Of a DNA stretch of 64,000 bases, positions 1 through 8,930 are shown in pieces (within the stretch, counting starts at the first letter, position 1; each line of letters starts with the position of its first letter). The translations under genes were made by a program, and so were the position numbers. This stretch comes from an uncultured Chloroflexia bacterium (GTDB lineage: Bacteria; Chloroflexota; Limnocylindria; Limnocylindrales; CSP1-4). Where the stretch lies: positions 1,632,001 through 1,696,000 of the forward strand of contig CAVPPB010000003.1 of the NCBI GenBank assembly GCA_963707215.1, read 5' to 3'. The notes under the pieces are model-generated. The model ran no database searches. It saw only the letters and a list, made by a program, of their open reading frames with translations, and was not told the DNA's origin.

Positions 1-896
1 ACCTTCCGCTCGCGCGAGGTCGCGTGGAGGAAGTCCTTGATGAGCCGCAGCTCGTCGTCGCGTCCGACGAACGGCGCCTCGATGCCCTCGCTGCGGCCGG
101 TCCCGCCCCGCTCGGCCACGACCCGCAGCGCCCGGAAGGCCTCGACCGGCGCTGGCTTGCCCTTGAGGAGCTGCTCGCCGGCCGCCTCGAAGGCGATCGC
201 CCCGGACGCGGCCCTCCGGGTCGCCTCGCCCACGAGGACCGTTCCTGGCGGGGCGACCGACTGGAGCCGCGAAGCGGTGTTGACCAGGTCGCCGGCCACC
301 ATGCCCTGGTTCGTCGCCCCGACCGCGACCGCGGCCTCGCCGGTCAGGACGCCGGCCCTTGCCTGGAGGGCCTCATCGCCCTCGCGCTTGCCGAGATGAC
401 GGACCGCGTCCACGAGCTCGAGGGCGGCACGGACGGCCCGCTCGGCGTCGTCCTCGCGGGCGACCGGCGCACCCCAGAGCGCCATCACGGCGTCGCCGAT
501 GAACTTCTCGACCGTGCCGCCGTACCGCTCGACGACCTCCTGGCAGAGCTCGAAGTAGCGCGACAGGAACTCCCGGACCTGCTCGGGGTCGGCGCTGTCG
601 GCCCGGGTCGTGAAGCCGACCAGGTCGGCGAAGAGGACCGTGACAAGGCGACGCTCGGTGACCGGCTCGACCGGCTGGAAGGGTCCCGGCTCGCCAATCG
701 AGGACGAGGTCGGGGCTGGGCCGGCGTCCGGGCTCGTGGCAGGACCCAGCCGGGTCCCGCACTCCGCACAGAAGCGAGCGCCCGGCGGGTTGGTGGTCGC
801 TCCGCAGGTCGGGCAGGCGACTGCCAGCCGGGTGCCGCACTCGACGCAGAACTTGGCCCCGGCAGGGTTGGCGGCGTTGCAGGTCGGACACGTCAC
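1..896 (-). CDS. Double zinc-ribbon + class III adenylate/guanylate cyclase domain protein (runs off the window start)
   Basis: Manual translation from GTG 896 (GGGAG RBS): TCPTC..FCVECG..CPTCG..FCAECG, then ERRLVTVLFADLVGFT, VEKFIGDAVMA, GDLVNTASRLQ. Absent from the ORF track because it has no stop in the window. Confidence 0.9.
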   Translation of the reverse strand, partial: MTCPTCNAANPAGAKFCVECGTRLAVACPTCGATTNPPGARFCAECGTRLGPATSPDAGPAPTSSSIGEPGPFQPVEPVTERRLVTVLFADLVGFTTRADSADPEQVREFLSRYFELCQEVVERYGGTVEKFIGDAVMALWGAPVAREDDAERAVRAALELVDAVRHLGKREGDEALQARAGVLTGEAAVAVGATNQGMVAGDLVNTASRLQSVAPPGTVLVGEATRRAASGAIAFEAAGEQLLKGKPAPVEAFRALRVVAERGGTGRSEGIEAPFVGRDDELRLIKDFLHATSRERK

Positions 897-1002
897 GCGC
901 TGGACTCCCATCCCGGTGGAGTCGGCAGCGTAGCGGATTCGGAGGATCGGTCGACAGCGTCGGAGCCCGTCCGAGCGCCGACAGCGCGGCAGTCGCCGCG
1001 GA

Positions 1003-1677
1003 TCAGATCCCGAAGGTGACCCGGAGGTTCTCCCAGTTGACCGCGAGGTCCCAGATCCCGACGCCGATGAGCAGGACGCCGCCGACCGCCTCGATGGCCC
1101 GATGGTTCCGGGTGATGAAGCCCACGACGAGCCGCTGGTTCGCCCCGGCCAGGAGCGAGAGCAGGACCAGCGGAAGCCCGAACCCGAGCCCGTAGACGAA
1201 GAAGGTCAGCAGCCGGGGAGCTGCGTCGGTGACGCCGACGCTGAGGCCAAGGAGCGCGACGATGAACGCCCCGGCGCAGGGCAGGGCCAGCGGACCGAGC
1301 ATCAGCCCGTACAGGTAAGCCTGGCCGTAGGGGTTCGAGACGATCGGCACCGAGGCACCGGGCAGGCGGTTGAACGGGTTCCGGCCGACCAGCAGGAGGA
1401 CGCCGAGGAGGATGAGCACGCCGTCGACGATCGGGATGAGGTAGCCCAGGAGCGATCCCATCGGCACGGCCAGGGCGACCAGGATGACCCCGATGGCGAT
1501 CATCGTCGTGAGGACGCCGAGCAGGATGATGAGCCCCAGCCAGCCCGAGGCCCCACGGCCCTGGAGCCGCGACGCGTTCGCCGAGAGGTAGGCGAGGAAG
1601 CTCGGATACAAGGGCAGCAGGCAGGGGCTGGCAGCGCTGCCGATGCCGAGGGTGAAGGCGAGGACCAGCGTGTCCAT
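1003..1677 (-). CDS. ccdA: Cytochrome c biogenesis CcdA/DsbD transmembrane protein
   Basis: SPCLLPLYP and LPCAG motifs; six hydrophobic segments. Confidence 0.85.
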   Translation of the reverse strand: MDTLVLAFTLGIGSAASPCLLPLYPSFLAYLSANASRLQGRGASGWLGLIILLGVLTTMIAIGVILVALAVPMGSLLGYLIPIVDGVLILLGVLLLVGRNPFNRLPGASVPIVSNPYGQAYLYGLMLGPLALPCAGAFIVALLGLSVGVTDAAPRLLTFFVYGLGFGLPLVLLSLLAGANQRLVVGFITRNHRAIEAVGGVLLIGVGIWDLAVNWENLRVTFGI

Positions 1678-1747
1678 CGGTCGTGGTCGGGCGACGGCCG
1701 GGGCCGGGTCGGTCGGGCTCGACCCCGACCGGGCGGCGTCCCGCCGC

Positions 1748-2407
1748 CTACGCCCGGTGGTCCTCCACGAGGGCGAGGATCTGCTCGCCGGACTTCTGGC
1801 CGAACTCGGTCAGGGTCGCCCGGCCGTCCGGGCTGGTCACGATCATCGGGGTGCTCGGCGGGTTGAGGATCAGGTCGCCGAACTCATCGGCCAGGGCCCG
1901 GCTGACCTCCCGGCCCGCCACGGCGTAGACGCCCTCGAAGCCATTGTCCTCGCGGTAGCGGGCCAGGGCCGCCGCGTCCTCGCTCGGGTCGACGGTCAGG
2001 ACGACGTAGGCGACGTCGTCGACCCCCTCCAGCGCGGCATGCGCCTCGCGCTGCTGGGCCTGGCACTTGGAGCACCAGATGGCCATCGGCTCGATGATGA
2101 CGACCCCGCCGGACGCGAGATCGGCGATGCGGAACGTCTGACCGGTCGCGACGTCGGTGAGGGTCGCCGTGGCCCAGGGCTGGTCGAAGGACGCGGCCGG
2201 CGGCGCCTCGGACGCGGGGGCCTCGGAGGCGGGAACCTCGCTGGCCGGAGCGGAGGCTCCCGGGGACGCCGGGGCCGCCGAGGGGGCGACGGAGGCCGGC
2301 GCGTCGGTCTGTGACGGGTCGGCAGCCCCGCTGCAGGCGGCCAGGGCGAGGGCGGCGACGAGGGCGAGCGCGGCGATCCGGAGCGGCGTGGTCATCGGGT
2401 TCCTCAT
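1748..2407 (-). CDS. Thioredoxin-fold (TlpA/redoxin-like) lipoprotein
   Basis: LAAC lipobox, Pro/Ala/Ser linker, WCSKC motif, adjacent to ccdA; start may be 2395. Confidence 0.8.
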   Translation of the reverse strand: MRNPMTTPLRIAALALVAALALAACSGAADPSQTDAPASVAPSAAPASPGASAPASEVPASEAPASEAPPAASFDQPWATATLTDVATGQTFRIADLASGGVVIIEPMAIWCSKCQAQQREAHAALEGVDDVAYVVLTVDPSEDAAALARYREDNGFEGVYAVAGREVSRALADEFGDLILNPPSTPMIVTSPDGRATLTEFGQKSGEQILALVEDHRA

Positions 2408-2496
2408 GCGTGGTCGTCGTCGGGACCGGGGACGGCCCCACGGTCAGGGTTCGGCATCACGGACGGCAAGGATGGACGACCGTCCATGACGGCTCC

Positions 2497-2525
2497 GTGA
2501 CGAAGATCACGCGGCCGCCTACGAT
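2497..2525 (+). promoter_or_regulatory. Sigma70-type promoter, probably leaderless transcript
   Basis: GTGACG-N17-TACGAT, then 6 nt to ATG 2532; no SD. Confidence 0.55.
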
Positions 2526-2531
2526 CCCCGG

Positions 2532-3479
2532 ATGAGCGAGACCCCGCACCACACCCTGATGACCGTCCACGCCCACCCCGACGACGAATCGATCGGGACC
2601 GGCGGGACGATGGCGAAGGCGGTCGCCGACGGCCACCGGGTCGTCCTCGTGACCTGCACCCGGGGCGAGCTCGGCGAGATCGTCGTCCCGGCGCTCGACA
2701 CGCCCGACAACTACCGGCGCCTCGGCGAGCTGCGGGCGGCCGAGCTCGAGGCTGCCATGGCCGAGCTCGGCGTGACCGAGTGGGAGAACCTCGGCTACCG
2801 CGACTCGGACATGATGGGGCGCGTCGGGAACCTCGATCCGCGGTGCTTCTGGCAGGCCGACCTGGACGAGGCGATCGGTCGGCTCGTCTGGCTGGTCCGC
2901 CGCTACCGACCGGACGTGATGACCACGTACAACGACTTCGGCGGCTACGGCCACCCGGACCATATCCGGACCCACGAAGTGGCCATCGGCGCGTTCGCGC
3001 GGGCCGGGGATCCGGCCTGGTACCCGGAGCAGGTCGCGTCCGAGCACGGCGGCACCGGTCCGGCCGAGGCCGACGGCGGCCTGGCCCCATGGGCGCCGAG
3101 CAAGCTCTACGAGCAGGCCATCCCTGCCTCGGTCCGCCTGGCCATGGCCGAGGCCCTCGAGGAGCTGGGGCGCGACCACCCCTGGCGGCCGCCGGACGCG
3201 GCGTCGGCCGGGGAGCTGGCCGCTTTCGAGGCGCGGATGGCGCGGATGCTCGTCCCCGACGAGGCCGTCACGACCTGGATCGACCTGGCCGGAGCGCCCC
3301 TGGAGGCGAAGTGGCGGGCGGTCGGCCGCCACGTGACCCAGATGGCCCCGGACAGCTTCTTCCTCGCCGCCGGTCTCGAGGGCTGGCAACGCTGGTGGGA
3401 CCGCGAGGCCTTCGTCCTGCGCGAGAGCCGGGTCCCGACGACCACCCCGGAGGACGACCTCTTCGCCGGCCTGCCCTGA
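2532..3479 (+). CDS. PIG-L family deacetylase (Mca/MshB-like)
   Basis: HAHPDDE, TCTRGELGE, GYRDSDM, GGYGHPDHI motifs. Confidence 0.9.
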   Translation: MSETPHHTLMTVHAHPDDESIGTGGTMAKAVADGHRVVLVTCTRGELGEIVVPALDTPDNYRRLGELRAAELEAAMAELGVTEWENLGYRDSDMMGRVGNLDPRCFWQADLDEAIGRLVWLVRRYRPDVMTTYNDFGGYGHPDHIRTHEVAIGAFARAGDPAWYPEQVASEHGGTGPAEADGGLAPWAPSKLYEQAIPASVRLAMAEALEELGRDHPWRPPDAASAGELAAFEARMARMLVPDEAVTTWIDLAGAPLEAKWRAVGRHVTQMAPDSFFLAAGLEGWQRWWDREAFVLRESRVPTTTPEDDLFAGLP

Positions 3480-3496
3480 GCCGACCAGGAAAGGCT

Positions 3497-3528
3497 GACG
3501 CCCCGTCCGGGCGGGAGGACGGGGCGTC
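3497..3528. terminator. GC-rich hairpin between converging deacetylase and tRNA-Asp
   Basis: GACGCCCCGTCC-N8-GGACGGGGCGTC, perfect 12-bp stem. Confidence 0.7.
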
Positions 3529-3547
3529 GGGATATGCGGGGATCGGA

Positions 3548-3624
3548 TGGCGGACCCGACCGGATTCGAACCGGCGATCTCCAGCGTGACAGGCTGGCAT
3601 GTTGGGCCGCTACACCACGGGTCC
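3548..3624 (-). tRNA. tRNA-Asp(GTC)
   Basis: Reverse strand GGACCCGTGGTGTAGCGG...CTGTCAC...GGTTCGAATCC...CGGGTCCGCCA; cloverleaf with encoded CCA. Confidence 0.97.
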
Positions 3625-3764
3625 GCGGCCGGCAGCGAAGGATAGCAGAGGCCGTCCGGACCGTCACGCGCGGCCGAGGCCTCGGGCAGGGCGTCGGACC
3701 TGGCCCGGGCGTCCGCTCGCGGCCGCCGGCAGCCTCGGAGGCTGACCGGCGCTATCCTCGCCCG

Positions 3765-4910
3765 GTGAACCCCATCGACCTGCGGTCCGACACCGTCACT
3801 AAGCCCAGCCCGGAGATGCGCCGGGCGATGGCCGAGGCCGAGGTCGGCGACGACGTGTTCGGCGACGACCCCACCGTCATCGCCCTGGAGGAGCGGGCAG
3901 CCGAGCTCCTCGGCAAGGAGGCGGGGCTCTTCGTCGCTTCAGGGACCATGGGCAACCTCGTCGCCCAGATGGCCCATCTCGCCCGGGGCCAGGAGATGAT
4001 CACCGGTCGCCAGGGTCACATCGTCCTCGACGAGGCGGCCGGCCACGCGGTCGTCGTCGGAGCCAGCGCCCGGGCCCTCGACGAGCGCCCCGACGGAACG
4101 CTCGATCCGGCTGCCGTGGCCGATGCCTTCCGGGATGCCACCGACCCGCACCATCCGATCACCGGGCTGGTCATCCTGGAGAACACCCACGCCCACTCCG
4201 GCGGTCGGCCGCTGACCGCGGCGTACGAGGCGGTCGTCGCCGCCGTCGCCCGCGAGCGAGGCGTCCCGCTGCACGTCGACGGAGCCCGCTTCTTCAACGC
4301 GACCGTCGCCCTGGGCATCGCGCCGAGCGAGCTGGCCGCCCCCGCCGACACCGTCTCGTTCTGCCTGTCCAAGGGGCTCGCCTGCCCGGTCGGCTCGGTG
4401 GTCGTCGGAAGCCGCGACGTCATCTGGCGAGCCCGTCGCGCGCGCAAGCTGCTGGGTGGCGGGATGCGGCAGGTCGGCGTGCTGGCGGCGCCCGGGCTCG
4501 TCGCCCTGCGCGACGGCCCGACCGGGATGATCGAACGCCTCGCCGAGGACCACGCCAACGCCCGCACCCTGGCCGAGGCGCTGGCCGGGATGGACGGCAT
4601 CCGCTCGCCCGGCGACATCGCCCAACCGGAGCCCGGACGGCTGGATCCCGACCGCACGGTCACCAACTTCGTCCTCTTCCGGGTCGACCGCGACCGGGCC
4701 GCCTTCCTCGAGGCCCTGGAGCGACGGGGCGTGCTTATGGATTGGTATCCTCACGGCCAGGTCCGGGCCGTCACCCACTACGGCATCGAGGCCGCCGACG
4801 TGGACGCGACGATCCGCGCCGTCCGCGAGTCCCTCGCCGAGACCTCGGCCCCGCGACGCCGCGTCGGTCGGCCCGACGAGCTGACCGACCACCCTCAGCG
4901 GAGAGAGACC
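3765..4910 (+). CDS. ltaE: Low-specificity L-threonine aldolase (no in-frame stop; reads through into DUF885)
   Basis: [33 protein letters not shown] (PLP Lys), GGGMRQ. Confidence 0.9.
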
Positions 4911-6611
4911 ATGGCCCATCCCGCGACCGTCCCGCTGCCGCGCCCCGAGTCGCCCGAGGGCGCCGGCCCGCTCGACGACCGGTTCTACGACCTCGTTGAG
5001 GCGCGCTTCCGGCGCGTCCTCCAGGAGGAGCCGGTCTACGCGACGATCGTCGGCCTTCACGACCTCGACGACCGCTGGGGTGACGGCAGCCGGGAGGCCC
5101 TCCTGGGGCGCGTCGGGGCGGACCGGACGCATCTCGCCGAGGTCGAGGCCATCGACCCGGCCGGGCTCTCCCCGAGCGCCCGGTTCGAGCGAGATCTGGA
5201 GATCCACAACGTCCGCCGCGAGCTCTTCGACGCCGAGGAGGTGCGGCGCTGGGAGCGCCGCTCGACCGCCCTCGACCTCGTCGGCGACGCGCTCTTCCTG
5301 GGCTTCGCCCGTGACTTCGCGCCGCTGCCCGAGCGCCTCGAGCGGCTGGCCGACCGGATGTCGGCCATCCCGGGGATGCTCGAGGAGCACCGGACCCGGG
5401 CGACGGTCCCCCAGGTCCGGCTCTGGCAGCAGATCGAGATCGAGGCGGCCGAGGACCTGCCGTCCTTCATCGACGAGATCGTCGCCGCCGGGCAGCAGAC
5501 CCTCGACGAGGCCGGTCGGCGCCGGCTCGAGGCCGCGGCCGAGACGGCCCGGGTCGCTATCGGCGCCTACGCCGACGACCTGCGGGCGACGCTGGCCGGC
5601 GGGACCGACGACTGGCCCCTGGGCCGCGAGCGCTACGACGAGCTGGTCCGACTTCGGGCCTTCGACGGGCTCGACGCGGACGCCATCCTCGAGATCGGCC
5701 GGGCCCAGCTCGCCGAGCAGAAGGCGGCCCGCATCGCCGTCGCCCGGGAGATCGACCCGGCGGTCGACGAAGCGACCGTCGTTGACCGAGTGAAGCGCGA
5801 CCAGCCCGAGTCCTTCGAGGCCGCCCTGGACGCGTACCGGGACGCCATGGACCGGGCCCGGGCCCATCTCATCGCCAACGACCTCGTCACGGTCCCCGAC
5901 GACGAGCGGATCGAGGTCGTAGAGACGCCCGCCTACCTGCGCAACGTCATCCCCTTCGCGGCCTACTTCGATCCGCCGCGCTTCGACGCGCAGCCGACGG
6001 GGATCTACATCGTCACCCGATCGGTCGGCGGCGACCCGGGAGCGATGCGCGAGCACAATCGAAGCTCGATCAGCAACACCAGCATCCACGAGGCCTACCC
6101 GGGCCACCATCTCCAGCTGGCCGTCGCCGGCAGGCATCCCTCGCTGACCCGCTTCATGGCCGACGCGCCGGAGTTCGTCGAGGGCTGGGGCATGTACTCC
6201 GAGCAGATGATGCGCGAGGAGGGCTTCGACGACTCGGCCCGCTTCCGGCTGACGATGCACACCGACGCCATCTGGCGGGCCTGCCGGATCGTCCTCGACA
6301 TCGGCATGCACCGGGGCGAGTTCTCGATCGATGAGGCCACCGACTTCCTGGTCGAGCACACCTCGTTCCAGGCGTCGAATGCGCGGGCCGAAGTGCTCCG
6401 CTACTCGTACACCCCGACCTACAACTTCTCCTACCTGCTCGGCAAGGTCCTGATCCTCCAGCTCCGCGAGGACCAGCGGCAGCGCCTGGGTGCCGACTTC
6501 TCGCTGCGCGGCTTCCACGACGCGCTCCTCCGGGCAGGCAGCATCCCCATCAGCTTCCACCGGCGCCTGCTCGACGGACCGGGCGAGGGCCCGCTCGGAG
6601 GGTCGGCGTGA
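4911..6611 (+). CDS. DUF885 family protein (metallopeptidase-like)
   Basis: HEAYPGHHLQ, FVEGWGMYSE, FHDALL motifs; own RBS (GGAGAGAG) before ATG 4911. Confidence 0.88.
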   Translation: MAHPATVPLPRPESPEGAGPLDDRFYDLVEARFRRVLQEEPVYATIVGLHDLDDRWGDGSREALLGRVGADRTHLAEVEAIDPAGLSPSARFERDLEIHNVRRELFDAEEVRRWERRSTALDLVGDALFLGFARDFAPLPERLERLADRMSAIPGMLEEHRTRATVPQVRLWQQIEIEAAEDLPSFIDEIVAAGQQTLDEAGRRRLEAAAETARVAIGAYADDLRATLAGGTDDWPLGRERYDELVRLRAFDGLDADAILEIGRAQLAEQKAARIAVAREIDPAVDEATVVDRVKRDQPESFEAALDAYRDAMDRARAHLIANDLVTVPDDERIEVVETPAYLRNVIPFAAYFDPPRFDAQPTGIYIVTRSVGGDPGAMREHNRSSISNTSIHEAYPGHHLQLAVAGRHPSLTRFMADAPEFVEGWGMYSEQMMREEGFDDSARFRLTMHTDAIWRACRIVLDIGMHRGEFSIDEATDFLVEHTSFQASNARAEVLRYSYTPTYNFSYLLGKVLILQLREDQRQRLGADFSLRGFHDALLRAGSIPISFHRRLLDGPGEGPLGGSA

Positions 6612-7309
6612 TCGTCATCCCGTCGATCGACCTGACCGCGGGACGGTCTCGGTTGGTCTGGTGGCCCGGCGCATCGACCGGCAGCGGGGCCCCGACCGAT
6701 CGGCCGGAGATCATCGCTGCCCGGCTGGTCGAGGCTGGGGCGCGGCAGCTCCACCTCGTTGATTTCGAGGGTGCCCGGGCCGGACAGCCCGGGAACCTGG
6801 AGGCCATCGCCCGGATCGCGGAGCGCGTGGCGGTACCGCTCCAGGTCGCGGGTGGGCTCGAGTCGGCGGACGCGGTCCGCCTGGCCTTCGCCGCCGGAGC
6901 GACTCGAGCGGTCGCCTCCCTGGCCATCGCCGATCGCCCCGAGGACCTGCGCGAGTGCCTCGCGGTCGCCGGGGATTGGCTGGCCGTCGGCCTCGACCCG
7001 CGCCCCGAACGCCTCGCGGCGTTCGCCTGGCGCCGGGATGCGCCGCCCACGCCCGACGGGCTCCTCGGCGAGCTGATGAGCGCCGGCGTCCGCCGCTTCA
7101 TCCTCTCCCACGGCGGATCCGAGGCGGACGTCGCCCGGCTGGCCGCCCTCGCCGCCACCTACGACGCCGAGCTCCTCGTCGCCGGCGGCGTCAGCGATCT
7201 TGCCACCCTTGGGCGCCTTCGGGAGGCCGGCGTCGCCGGGGTCATCCTCGGGGAGCCGCTCTTCTCGGGCGCCATCGACCTGCCAGCCGCCCTGGAGACC
7301 GCCGCATGA
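6608..7309 (+). CDS. HisA/HisF-like TIM-barrel protein, divergent
   Basis: IPSIDL, LHLVDFEGA, QVAGGL, AGGV..GVILG; GTGA overlap with DUF885. Confidence 0.75.
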   Translation: MIVIPSIDLTAGRSRLVWWPGASTGSGAPTDRPEIIAARLVEAGARQLHLVDFEGARAGQPGNLEAIARIAERVAVPLQVAGGLESADAVRLAFAAGATRAVASLAIADRPEDLRECLAVAGDWLAVGLDPRPERLAAFAWRRDAPPTPDGLLGELMSAGVRRFILSHGGSEADVARLAALAATYDAELLVAGGVSDLATLGRLREAGVAGVILGEPLFSGAIDLPAALETAA

Positions 7310-8025
7310 ACCGACGCGCCCGATCGTCCGCCCTCGGCCTGGTGGCCGTCGCCCTGCTGGCCGCCGGCTGCACGAGCGGGGGCCTGCCCTCGATCCCCGA
7401 CGCGACCCCCGCCCCCTCGGCCACCCCGGAGCCCTCGGCGCATCCGTCGATCGAGCCGTCACCGGTCATCGCGGGTTGCCCGACGAGCCAACCCGAACCC
7501 CTCCCGGCCGGCGAGGTCCGTGACGTCACCATCGAGACGAGCCAGGGCTCGATGGTCATCCGGGTCGAGGGCGACCTGTCGCCGATCGCCGCCGGCAACT
7601 TCGTTGCGCTGGCCGAGTGCGGCTACTACGACGGGGTCGTCTTCCACCGCCTGGTCCCGGGATTCGTCATCCAGGGCGGCGACGGGGTCAACGGCCGGGC
7701 CCCTGACGTCGTGGCGGATCTCGTCGGGACCGGCGGGCCCGGCTACACCATCGAGGACGAGCCGGTTACAGCCCGCTACGAGCGGGGTGTGGTCGCCATG
7801 GCTCGCACGCCGGCCCCGAACAGCCAGGGCTCCCAGTTCTTCATCGTGCTCGACGACCAGGCCGAGCGGGCCCTCGCGGACTACAACACCTACGCCATCT
7901 TCGGTCATGTGACGGAGGGCATGGACACGGTGGACACCATCGCCGCCATGCCGAACAGCGGTCCGCCGAGCAACGCGGCGCTCGAGCCCGTCGCGATGGA
8001 CGCGGTCACCGTCAGCACCCCCTGA
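7306..8025 (+). CDS. Cyclophilin-type PPIase, lipoprotein
   Basis: LAAGC lipobox; YYDGVVFHRLVPGFVIQGGD, AMAR, GSQFFI; ATGA overlap. Confidence 0.9.
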   Translation: MNRRARSSALGLVAVALLAAGCTSGGLPSIPDATPAPSATPEPSAHPSIEPSPVIAGCPTSQPEPLPAGEVRDVTIETSQGSMVIRVEGDLSPIAAGNFVALAECGYYDGVVFHRLVPGFVIQGGDGVNGRAPDVVADLVGTGGPGYTIEDEPVTARYERGVVAMARTPAPNSQGSQFFIVLDDQAERALADYNTYAIFGHVTEGMDTVDTIAAMPNSGPPSNAALEPVAMDAVTVSTP

Positions 8026-8057
8026 CCACCGAGCAGCACTACGGAAGGAGGCCCAGC

Positions 8058-8519
8058 ATGGCCAAGGCCACGATCGGAACCACCAAGGGCGACATCGAGG
8101 TCGAGATCTTCACCGACGGCGCCCCCAAGGCGGCCAACAACTTCCTGGACCTGGCCGAGAAGGGCTTCTACGACGGTGTGATCTTCCACCGCATCGTCCC
8201 CGGCTTCGTCATCCAGGGCGGGGACCCCACGGGAACCGGGCGTGGCGGGCCTGGCTACCAGTTCGAGGACGAGCCGGTCGTCGGGGAGTACGTCAGGGGC
8301 GCCCTTGCCATGGCCAATGCCGGCCCGAACACCAACGGCAGCCAGTTCTTCATCTGCCTCGAGGATCTGACCGGGCGGCTTCCGAAGCAGTACACGCTCT
8401 TCGGCCAGGTGACCAGGGGTCTCGACGTCGTCGACGCGATCGCCGCCGGCCCCACCGGCGCTGGGGATCGACCGGTGGACCCGGTCGCCATGACCGCGAT
8501 CAGCGTCCTGGAGCGGTAG
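8058..8519 (+). CDS. Cyclophilin-type PPIase, cytoplasmic
   Basis: FYDGVIFHRIVPGFVIQGGDPTGTG, AMANAGPNTNGSQFFI; AGGAGG RBS. Confidence 0.95.
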   Translation: MAKATIGTTKGDIEVEIFTDGAPKAANNFLDLAEKGFYDGVIFHRIVPGFVIQGGDPTGTGRGGPGYQFEDEPVVGEYVRGALAMANAGPNTNGSQFFICLEDLTGRLPKQYTLFGQVTRGLDVVDAIAAGPTGAGDRPVDPVAMTAISVLER

Positions 8520-8650
8520 CCTGCGGCCGGCGCTGCGGCTGCGCGGCGACCCCCGGGACGGCCTCCGCATCGCACCGCGTCACCCCCTCGAGCCCGCGCG
8601 GCATCCGGCGAATGGTTAAGGGATATTCACCGAACTTGCGTCCAAATCCC

Positions 8651-8679
8651 TTGGCGAATGGCCCAGCGACAGGTAGAGT
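8651..8679 (+). promoter_or_regulatory. Sigma70-type promoter of the putative ncRNA
   Basis: TTGGCG-N17-TAGAGT in a locally lower-GC intergenic stretch. Confidence 0.6.
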
Positions 8680-8685
8680 ATCCCG

Positions 8686-8870
8686 CGGCGGATGCCACAA
8701 GTGTCCACCAAACGCTGCCCCAGCACCATGTGGCATGGGTAGGTAGGGTTAGGGTAGTCGGTGCAGCCGACGTGATAGATGCCCTTGGGGCGTGGCAGAA
8801 GGCCCGTCGAAAGACGGACGCACTTCACCGGGACAGCAACGGAGCGGCTCCTTCGGGAGCCGCTCCGATG
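8686..8870 (+). ncRNA. Putative ~180-nt structured ncRNA (6S-like candidate)
   Basis: Bounded by a promoter and a UUCG hairpin; nested complementary blocks AAGTG.TCC/GGA..CACTT, GCCCCAG/TTGGGGC, GGCAT/ATGCC; apical GTCGG/CCGAC; CCGTC-GAAA-GACGG hairpin. Confidence 0.5.
8840..8867 (+). terminator. Hairpin with cUUCGg tetraloop
   Basis: CGGAGCGGCTCC-TTCG-GGAGCCGCTCCG, perfect 12-bp stem; weak U-tract. Confidence 0.7.
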
Positions 8871-8930
8871 ATTCACCGGCCGATCAGGCGCGGCACGCAA
8901 CCCACGGCAGCCTCGCGGCGTCTCCATGAC

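Noticed and set aside
2532-3479. Evidence for mycothiol metabolism
   Set aside because: PIG-L motifs do not define the substrate, and no mshA/C/D is in the window.
8737-8757. Telomere/G-quadruplex-like GGGTAGGTAGGGTTAGGG
   Set aside because: Only three GGG tracts and one TTAGGG; not enough to claim a function.
8794-8835. c-di-GMP-I (GEMM)-like fragment GGCAGAA..CCGTCGAAAGACGGACGCA
   Set aside because: Lacks the GCAAA junctions and the P3 tetraloop-receptor arm; treated as part of the larger ncRNA candidate.
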